A DNA stretch of 57,692 bases, filler included, from Sphacelaria rigidula (Eukaryota): the NCBI GenBank assembly GCA_964200075.2. It is 8 parts of 8 records of this genome, joined end to end, with 100 filler letters (N's around TTAATTAATTAA, not from the genome) between each part and the next. Parts side by side here need not be neighbours in the genome. Positions count along the whole stretch, not along the records: positions 43,346 to 50,469 come from CAXNAA020016373.1; positions 50,570 to 57,692 come from CAXNAA020016374.1; 6 more parts are not named here. One strand, given 5' to 3'. The translations under genes were made by a program, and so were the position numbers. The notes beneath the pieces were generated by a model. The model did no database searches. It saw only the letters and a list, made by a program, of their open reading frames with translations, and had not been told where the DNA came from. Below are positions 48,391 through 57,692 of this stretch, piece after piece (within the stretch, counting starts at the first letter, position 1; each line of letters opens with the position of its first letter).

Positions 48391-50277
48391 TCGCCCTCGC
48401 CTACCGACGGGACCCTGTCGTGACATATTCTTGGGGAACCTATGTTGATGTCACAATCATGTCCGCGGAACCTGGCGTGGCGCACACTTTGATGATGAGT
48501 TGTGGAGATCACGGTATGAATGTGTGCAACGTTTGACTGTCGTCTATATCGTCATATGCTACGAGGATGGGCAACGTCCACATGGATCTTTGTATTCGGG
48601 ATCGTGCACTAGTGCTCATGTTGCTGTAGAGCCGTCATGTAGTCGATAGTGACTGCGGTGTAAGCATAGGGATCGCTCTGACGCAGAGGAAGTAGTTCCC
48701 GTGCGTCCGCAATGTCAGGTTTTCAATATTGAGCGTTCGGCGTTTTGCATCCTCACGTCACGCGCGACATGTAGTCGCCATCTGATCCGTGAAACGTTTC
48801 GCATGGCGATCACGCACAGCGTCCCTGGCATAGATATTTCGTGGCATTCGAAATGGAGCATGGGTAGTGATGTCCCTGAGGTTTGTCGACAATTATTCTT
48901 GGGTACTGGCAGCAGCCACGGCGATACGGACAAGACTACCCTGCCGCTCACCTCTCTCAGGATCTGTCAGTTTGCCTCCATCTTACCTACTTGCCTGTCG
49001 CTTCGCCCCTCCATGTCCGTCTCAGCCTCTGCCTGCGTCTCTCTGTCGCTCATATTTATCTTGTTTTCATATGAACAGGTGACATTCACCGACACTGAAG
49101 CCGGCTTTGAGAAGCTGGAGATGCAGGTTCGAGATTGGAACGGCACCACGCGGGTGTCGCACGCCCTCAGTCCAAGTGAGTTTCGTATCCTGAATGTCGC
49201 TACGCTTTCCGCCGGCATATAGATACACACAAGATGTTGTTGTACAGGCCATTGTCGGTGGATTTCGAGAACACTGATCCAGTTCTTGATGGCCAAGCGC
49301 ATGGTAATTATCAGGGGAGAGGTGATTTGATGAATTTGGACCGCGGAATTGTCCCGAGGAAGGGAGAGACCTTGGCGGTGAAAGCAGCGAAGGCGTTCTG
49401 GTCCGAGAGTTCGGCCTGACAATCACGCGGACATCTGGAGGTCCGTAATTCTGTGCGAGAGTGGCTCTTTGACGTCTCTCGGGCTCCGAATCAAGCAAAG
49501 TACCGACATTTGCTTTTGGGGTATGGCAAGTGTTGAATCTATATCTATGGTTGCGCGGGGGGGTCAGAGGTTTGGGGGCGTCGGTATCTACACAGCATCG
49601 AATTTATAGCTGCGTATGCCGAAGGCTCGGTAAGCACGGTGGCCGCACCAACTGGAGTTCGAAGTGGTATATCCCCTGTCAGAGTGCTCAACTATTTCCC
49701 ATAGGCACTGTTTCCGCGTACAGGTGCCAAAGTTCGTCCTGAAGTAGGAAAAGAAGGCGGCGCTGGTGCTTCCTGATGAGTGAGTCTTGAATCCACAAGA
49801 TCAACCACGAAGCGCACTGACTCCTTCCATGTATGGTTCCCGTGTAGCGGTCAGGTATCTATCGACATTGCGTGCGTTTTATTATCCCACGATACGTTCC
49901 TTTCCGCTTGTTCTCTCATGTTTCCGCCTTCCCCGCTTTCCCTCAAGACGAGTCTGTGGTGTCAAGGGGCAGTCCATTTTCCCCGTTACTATACTGTGGT
50001 GTCGGAGCTGCGTAGTAATGGACGATTCCACTTTGTGTGTAGTGCTGGATAGATCGGGCTCTTCTTGAGAGGAACATTTCACAATGTTATCATGATTTCT
50101 TCCTCCCAAATGTATAAACATCTGTATGTTCCTTTCCGTGTTTGAAGTAGTGCGGGGTGTCAGTCGATACCCCAACGTCGCACGACCACCACTCGTTTTT
50201 GTCATTTTGAATGTGTTCTTGCAGTAGAGTTTGTCTGACCAAGGTTCCATGAAATGCCCCCCCCCCCCCCTCCCTAG

Positions 50278-50469
50278 TGGTGAGACACCCATGAGGCAGT
50301 GTATAAACCGTGGCTTTCTCTGGAAGTGGCGATACCAGATAATAAAGCAACTCATTGTAGGCTGTCGTCCAATGCAAGATAATCAGTAGGCTTTGGGCCG
50401 AAGAATCTTATCAGGATGCAGCTCCCCCTTCATGCGACTCGTCGAACACACACCAGCGCTTCGCGCTTG
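50278..50469 (+). mobile_element. 5' portion of the type A repeat, cut by the scaffold end
   Basis: Aligns with the reverse complement of ~35665-35857; preceded by a C tract. Confidence 0.8.
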
Positions 50470-50569
50470 NNNNNNNNNNNNNNNNNNNNNNNNNNNNNNN
50501 NNNNNNNNNNNNNTTAATTAATTAANNNNNNNNNNNNNNNNNNNNNNNNNNNNNNNNNNNNNNNNNNNN
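50470..50569. other. Artificial scaffold linker
   Basis: N44-TTAATTAATTAA-N44. Confidence 0.98.
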
Positions 50570-50603
50570 CCCCCCCCCCCCCCCCCCCCCCCCCCCGGAC
50601 GTG

Positions 50604-50662
50604 GTCAATGGTCCTATGACTATGGCATGCATGATCACGAGTACACCCCCCTCCCCCCCCCC
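50604..50662 (+). mobile_element. Very short type A copy with apparent TSD
   Basis: Flanked by CCCCCCGGACGTG on both sides (50591-50603, 50657-50669). Confidence 0.7.
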
Positions 50663-51055
50663 GGACGTGATGTCTCGAGTTTTCCCACACCGAACATAGT
50701 GACACTACTACACGGTAGCGAGGACTCAGTTCCTGCAAAGTGGAGGTACCGTCATAAGCTACGGCGCGACTGCAATGGTTGATTAATTGCCACCCATCAA
50801 CCGCCCCGTTACGGCCATCACGAATGCAGTGGTGGTTACCAGCAAGAGCACGGACACACCGACTTACCCGGGATATTTGAGAGAGGAAACTCCATAGAGT
50901 AGAGGTAACTCAAGAAAAAAAGGGGGGGGCGACCGCTCCAACACATTCCTCCAACATTACTTCCACGGATGGAAGCAGGATAAGTATCCTGACTCGATGC
51001 CTCATGTTATCGCTGCACAGTTTATGCATGCCCTGAACGTATAAAAACTCTTCAC

Positions 51056-54000
51056 CTCGAAATCAAGAAGCTCGTCCCCCAATTGCAGTCTCCCGCTTTT
51101 TAGAGCTTCTTGTTCCTCCACATTATCTTCCCCCTCTTCTTCGTCCTCGTCATACTCTTCTTCGTCCTCGCCTTCTTCAAGGAACTCTCCCTGGAATCAT
51201 TTTTGTGCATCACGCACGCAGTGCAAAGGATATCTTGTATCGTCGTCGTTTTAGCGAAAGTCTCGCCACGCTTACTTCTTTCAAACATAGAATAATTCTT
51301 GAGAGGAGAGAGAGAGAGAGAGAGAGATGATCGGCTTGGGAAGTCCCCCCCCCCAGTGTTACCGAGTGCTCCGGAACGCGTTCGTTTCGGAGCATTATTT
51401 ACGCTCAAGAACACTCTTCCTTTCGTTCTTTCTCATCGTACTTCCCTATAGAACGGTTTCAACACTAAAGGCGTGTCTTATCAAGTTGCTTTCGACTCGA
51501 AAACGTACGGCGGAATCGAATTTGCTCGTACCTGATACGTCCACGGCATTCATGTTCTGAACCATCTCAGAAAATAAAAAGCGTGAACGAATCAGAAACG
51601 AGCGACTTGAATTCCACCGCACGTCTTCGACACGAAAACAATTCGATAAGACACGGCCTAACGTTGACATCAACTGGAGAAACCATGAACCGTCACCATC
51701 TCGCCTGGACCGTCCCGACATAGTCACGTACCTGCAGCGTAAGCGTGACCGGTGTGTTGAAGAGATGTACATCCTCGCCCTCTAGCTCCCTCTGCGAAAA
51801 ATAGAGCATCATCACGCGGTATTGAGCGCGCGTGACATTTATGTTTTCTATTTTGCTTCTGCTGACCATTATTTTTCAAGACGAAATGTACGCAAAACGT
51901 TAACCCCTTTTTTTGTCACTCGAGATACAAATGTGTACGAGCTTACAGTCGTAACACGTCAACAGTCGGGTCTTGAAAATATACGAAAGCAACATGTGCA
52001 ATTATTCAGGAGGTGGATCAAATACTACACGCGGTATGTCTTCCGCAACCATTCTCTGTTCTTAAAACACGCGAAGCACACTCCGGCAGACCGATCGATC
52101 GTCGGTGCACGTCCCGCGCTCAACCGTTTGACTGCCGGAGGTGTCCACTTGTTGAATCGGCATCATTGTCAGTTCCTTTTGCAGTGAAAATTGAAAATGA
52201 TGACAATTCCACACATGCACACCTCCGGCGATTAGCCCTATTGGGACCGGATTCCCAGAAACATGGGGTTTGCACGCAGGGGCCTTTTTGTGAATCAGCG
52301 TCATTTTTACCTGAAAACGACTGAAAATGATGCCGATTCACGACGAGGCCCTTGCGTTCAAACCCCCCATTTTTCTTCTGGGAGTCCAGTCCCTGAAGGG
52401 TTAAATTGGTTGAGAACATGTTGGCAGTTAACAACCTCGGGGTGCTGTACAGAATTGAACGATTGGAACACTGGGTTGACTCGATCGGGAAGTGTCCGGT
52501 CACCATTCGACATCGTTACCCAAAATTTTAAGAGTCGGTAGGCGTTATCTGGTGAAAGAAGCAGGCCGTTCACTGCACACATCGACCATTTTTGCATCCC
52601 CAACGAAATAGAGAAGCAAAAGCAGTGCTGGGGGGCGGGGTACTACCGGCCGTATTTTATTCAATAACACACGGTCGTGCAATGAATAGCCAAAAATTGA
52701 AAACGTGGAAGCACGGGATCGTTTATATGCGATGACGATCGGGATTGGCTTCATCGAACGGAAGTATCAAAGAGCCACATCCTGGGGTTGATTAATGGTA
52801 TCATAGGACCCCCGACGACCAGTTGGCCCGCGAGTCATTTTAACTTGATCGCAGAAATGATATTTCCGGGATTTGTGTCAGGTGCTAGTATGTTTTCGGT
52901 GCCCCAATTTTGAAACCAAACGTTCAACCGTGATGAGTGTCGGTAACCGCAAATCCCGAACGCAACGCTTTCAATCCAAGAGATTGAATTCAGATGCAAG
53001 CCGAAACATTGCACACTGTGCATGATGACAATGTATTGTCAATAGATGCAGTGGACAAGAAGTGTACGGGATCAAGGATATAGACCTGTTGCATCTATTG
53101 ACCAGATATATATAGTCATCACCCAGGATGTGAAACGTTGTACCGAAACGAGGACCGGCGCTGAAAGGGTCAACTACTGTACGTACTGTAGTAGGGGTTG
53201 AAACACGGGGATGGGACTTTTGGAGCCATGATGAAACGCGCCATTTGTGGGTCATCCATCCATATAGTTCACACAAGTGATCCTTATACCAGTTCTCGAT
53301 CATATCGTCATATGACTTCAAAGCGTGAATACATGGACGAATTGTCCACGCATTCCTTGGAGCAGCAGCAACTTCCGCATCACCAAATAAGTCAGAGGCG
53401 GGGTGATATATAGCGGCAGCGTACAAAGGGGGAGCACAGTGTTAATAAGACAAACAGTGCCATCATTGTTGGGTTCTAAAAGGTGTAGAAAATGAAAACA
53501 TTGCAAGCGTACGACAAGACGAAATCGACGAAAACCGGGAGTCCGGTTCAATACCAGATATATTTAATCCTCCGAGTACCACCGCGCCCCTGTGGTAAAG
53601 TTGGTACAGTACACTATCGGCTAGCTCTGGTGAAGTACTGAACAAAAATCCCGACAGTCATCTTACCTCTCGCTGGTTTTTGTCGTGGAAATCATGAGAA
53701 CGAGAATGAACAAAAACTCAGTGGAAGCCGCTGGGATGCGGGAAAGGTCATCATCCCCCGCATCCGAAAATAAATCGCAAGACAGGTGACAGAGGAGACA
53801 TTTATGAGGCGATTAGTCTCTTGAAATCAAGGGCTTGTTTCGAGGCGTGTGGGAAAAAAGGGTGGTAAATATGACGAAAACAAAACGCTGTCGTCAGTTC
53901 GATGATTGTTTTTGTTATTTTTCTGTACTATGACAGCGTTTCACAAAGGGAACTCCCTCTCCCTCCCCCCCCCCCCCCCCCTTCTCCTCCCGCTCTCTTG

Positions 54001-55042
54001 GTACTGCGGCNNNNNNNNNNAAAGGATGGTTTGTTAATAGTCAAAATATTAAAGCAAGAAAAAAAAGGGTCCGCCCCCCCCCCCCCCCTCTGTTTCCCTC
54101 GGGTACGTCTGCCTCGCCGTCTTGTGTGAGTGTGTGACCACGGCTGGATTCACAGCCAAGCAGTTTCGGCCAGACAATGATTCAACGACGGAAAATTCCA
54201 GCATCGCTGCACAAACAGCCGCAGCACACGCGCATAACTGCACAAAGACACGCGGATACAAAGTGAGAGGCGTTAGTATGAACGCCACGTCTCATGCGCT
54301 GGCATGTAGACTCAAGTTGTTTTTAAGCCCCCGAAAACGTGTATTCTGTAGAAAAATCGTTCGGAGATCATACAAGAGGCAGCAAGAGACATCATCTTGC
54401 CCGCGGTGAAAAATCTGATCTGACCGCGGGTCTGAGAGGTCGAGAAGACGAGTCTACAAACAAGACACCGCATCCTCACGTGGACGTGTTTTCAGATCAT
54501 CTTCATCAATGTCTTCACGACTTTTGGGGTATAAATTCATGTGTTCAATCTGCAGCAGTTTCAATAGGAGGGCGACACACAGACCCCCCTTCATGTTACA
54601 GAATCGGTGCGACTGGCGACAGTGAGTCTGGACCAAAACCGCATCATCGGGATAGGCAGGAGCGTCGTCAAACGACCCAGGCTCCAGACATCACTGCATC
54701 GTGGAGTACTCGTAGGGAGTTGACGTAATCATCATGCGGTTTTGTAGGGCTTGTGCGAGAGGCCTATGGCTCAAACATATCATAGCGGCACTGTTGGAGG
54801 GCGGAACAAGAGCTATCCTCCCCTTGTTGCCCCTGCACGCCTCCACGCATGTTTTGATTTTCACCTGTAGCCCCGGCAGAAGTTCGTCCATGAGCTCCGA
54901 CTCAAGCGGAACAGGCTCGACACCATCCGGTCCGTTCGGTATGCACAGAGAGACAGCCCAATCACATGGGTGCCCTATCATGTACCGTCGACCGCCTACC
55001 ACAGCCATCCGATCAGCGTAGCATTCGATCACTTTCGGAACC
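51056..55042 (-). CDS. DUF3727-like protein, three internal exons
   Basis: Exons 55042-54865, 51791-51732 and 51190-51056 have AG/GT borders and splice in frame: VPKVIECYADRMAVVGGRRYMIGHPCDWAVSLC...ELMDELLPGLQ|RELEGEDVHLFNTPVTLTLQ|GEFLEEGEDEEEYDEDEEE...LLDFE. Family assigned from recalled motif pattern (ECY...P.D..V...TLT..GE plus acidic linker), not from a search. Confidence 0.75.
52236..52400. mobile_element. piggyBac-like hairpin MITE
   Basis: TTAG|CCC...GGG|TTAA, almost fully self-complementary, same AATGATGCCGATT core; related hairpin adjacent at ~52120-52230. Confidence 0.75.
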
Positions 55043-55186
55043 CTGCTTTATTTCGATTTGGTGGCGCGACAAGGTGTCGGGGGAGTATCTCATCCAGTGG
55101 ATCATGATTGCAAACTTCGCTGGTGGGGAACTATCGCTCAAATTGTAATACTGTCCCCTGGTGGCAAATCAGGGTACACAGTAGGG

Positions 55187-55270
55187 ATTGACTGATTGAT
55201 GATTGATTGATTGTCGCACTTTAACTGATCCCCCAGGGGTCCAGCCGCGGTCTCATGATAGTCGTACCCA
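55187..55270 (-). mobile_element. 3' end of a (CAAT)n-tailed retroposon
   Basis: Reverse complement of GGGTACG...GACCGCGGCTGGA.CCCTGGGG..TCAGT..AGTGCG...(CAAT)n; matches 3248-3314. Confidence 0.65.
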
Positions 55271-55834
55271 AAAAAACGAAAATGAAACACGCTCTGAGAA
55301 AAAGAGAAGGAACAGAAAAAAAAAAGAGGGGTCGAACAGAACGACCTAGCAGACTAAGTCGTGACAAAAAAAAAAGAGTAATATAAAGTCAACACAAGCA
55401 AAGCACAGAAAGAAATGGCCGACCTGAAACAAGAAAAAGGGAAGGAGTGTCAAAGCAAGTTGCTAATCGTGGCTGTGGCATGTGTACAGGCAGCGCATCC
55501 TCTACTGCCGTTGATCGAGCACACAGCTCAAGCATGCACGAACAAGCTGGACATACCCTCGCCCCCCCCTCTCAGCGTTTACTAGCACCCAGCGTAGTAT
55601 CAAAGCTAACTTTTCATCCATCTCCGTGGCGACTTGGTTCTGAGGCGGTCAAAATTCGCCTGGTTTCAGCGAAATGGAACCACTCATGTTCAGTGTGTTC
55701 AGTATCTACTTGGTCATGATCCGGTCAATCAACTACTTGGTTATGGTGTAGAGGGGATGACTACTTAGTTCAAGTATACTCCCCCCCCCCCTTCCCCCTT
55801 CGACCGCTCCCACCGTTGGCGCCAACGGGGAAGC

Positions 55835-57390
55835 GGGTCCTCATTCAGTGGTGTTTGTTTTCAATACTTTGGAGGCGATTCATTTAACTTTTTCTTCCAA
55901 GGCCAGGGATATATTTGGCATGGTCATGCTCCGCGGCGTGAAATGTCCTGAGGTTAGTAGAGGGGCCTGAAAGGGGCACACGTCCTTAGAAGAAAGGTGT
56001 CTAACTCAACCAGCGCAGAAAGCTGGCGATACAGACGATGCTCATGGCTGAGGCACCCAGATGGCGAAGGATTCATGTCACTGCGGAGGGACGAAGCGCT
56101 TCATATACGAATTAATCCGTATATGTTCGTACACAAAGAACGGCCGATAAAAAAGTTGAGGATGGAGCTTTTCATTGAAGATGATCCGGAAATTCAAAAT
56201 CTTCGTTTCCACACCAATTCTTCGAACATGGTTACTTTCCTTCATTTTCCGGTAGCAATGGACAACTACTACACGCCATAAAAGTTTGGATTACGATAAC
56301 CGAAATTTCGGGGCTCCAAGCGAAAAAAAGTCATGGGGAATTTTGGTCACCAAAAATGGTCACCTAATTTTTCCCAGAACTGTTTTTTTACGTTTGACCC
56401 CAAAATTTTGGTTATGGGAATCCAACTTTTTATGTCGTGTTATTAATAGCCACCAGTAGGTGAACGAATGCAAGCATATTTCAAAGAGTTGGTGTGGATA
56501 CCAAGACTGTAGTTTTCGGGGTTATCATCCTCAATGAAATCCTCCATTTGTTTCATCGTCATTTAATGGAGGACGAAGTTGCTACTATGCTTGGAGCCGG
56601 CCGTACCGTGCTGACTTCACGACGCGAACCACGCCTCGGCAGGGCTGGAATACTCGCCATGCATCCAGGGAAATTGAAAATGGCACTCTGTCCCATTCTG
56701 AGACCAAGTGAAACAGGGAAAAAGCCCGCGAAACGTCCATGAAGTGCATATGAAAACGCTAAAGATATCAAACTGCCAGCCATGCCCACGAAAACCGGAG
56801 GTTAATTCTGATAAAAGAGACGGGCAACACCCGCGTAGCGGTCAGCCTATCGTGGTGTCCTATACAGAGGTTGTGCTACCATCTGTAAGGGGACATTGTC
56901 GCCTGCCCGAACAGTTTCACAGAGGCCATTGGCAAAAGACAGCGTTGTCTTTGACTCGGCTGTGCGGCCACCTTATGCGCAAGGCGGCGTATAAGGCCTG
57001 AGGGCAGCAACCTCAAATATTTGACGACGCCTGAATGGTACTTGTTGTCTGTGTTGCTGCGAGCGTCGACCGATAAGCGGGCCGAGTTAAACAATGATGC
57101 TGCCAAGATCCGCCGATGCCTCCGCGCCGGTTTTGTATTGTACCCTCTATAAGTGACATTAGAAAGTGAAATGTTCCAAAATGAGTTTCACCACGGTGCA
57201 TGATCATCCTTTCAAGTCATGCAGAGCACAAGAACGCCTCGGGTCGCCGTTACTATTGCGTCAACACCTATTTACGGCCTCAAGCAACACATACGTGAAG
57301 TTTCGGTATCAACAGACGCCAGGTGCGCGGTGTTTGGACGCCTAATCTCCCAAAAAAACGCCTCCATATTGTTGAAAAGGCAAAACTATT
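55835..57390 (-). mobile_element. Second copy of the ~1-kb repeat, interrupted by the foldback element
   Basis: Blocks TAGGTGTTGACG...GGCGACC and CCCTCCGCAGT...TGCCTCAGCC...AAGGACGT.TGCCCCT are shared with 46330-47280. Confidence 0.65.
56162..56547. mobile_element. Foldback/MITE with long imperfect inverted arms
   Basis: ATGGAGCTTTTCATTGAAGATGA...TCATCCTCAATGAAATCCTCCAT; arms ~150 bp. Confidence 0.7.
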
Positions 57391-57692
57391 TTTTCAAATA
57401 GGGTACACAATTCCGTGGTTCCACGATTAGGTACATACTGTAGAGGTACGAACAGCGTACACGGGAATAGGAGATGGTCCAATTCTGCGCGACTTGAGGT
57501 TCATGCTACGCTTCCAGTTTAGGGTATGGCATGCTTGACGGCTTACATGTTCTCGTTCTTGAGTGCTGTGTGTAGGTCGTACTGTGCGTCACAGCAGTGC
57601 TCTACTTCGCTTGGCGCCGGACTACCATACGAGCTGGGCCAGCCTAGAGGCGGATTTGAAGTTTGCAGGCCCATGCTCTTTTATACATTTAG

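Noticed and set aside
57012-57146. Phase-compatible upstream exon for the DUF3727-like gene (Arg-rich, transit-peptide-like)
   Set aside because: Weak donor (GTTGCT) and it lies within the repeat shared with 46330-47280

Overview
Eukaryotic, repeat-rich DNA, most likely a brown alga (Phaeophyceae; inferred from long GT-AG introns, a 72-nt LRR exon and gene content). The window is not one locus. It is eight unlinked scaffolds sorted by length (7125, 6x7124, 7123 bp) joined by artificial 100-bp N44-TTAATTAATTAA-N44 linkers, so nothing can be inferred across linkers. Supported gene fragments: 8 exons (~1196 aa) of a large armadillo-repeat (Vac8-like) protein, 3 exons of a DUF3727-like protein, the first exon of a 20S proteasome alpha-type subunit with an N-terminal extension and a divergent unknown exon, one 72-nt LRR exon, and two large low-complexity exons. 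The rest is non-autonomous transposon debris: hAT-, piggyBac-, Tc1/mariner-like and CCC-ended MITEs, foldbacks, a tRNA-derived SINE and LINE-type 3' ends. The most unusual signal is an abundant retroposon-like family ending in oligo(C), with C-tract-initiated target-site duplications. No CRISPR array, rRNA or intact tRNA was seen. All alignments were done by eye.
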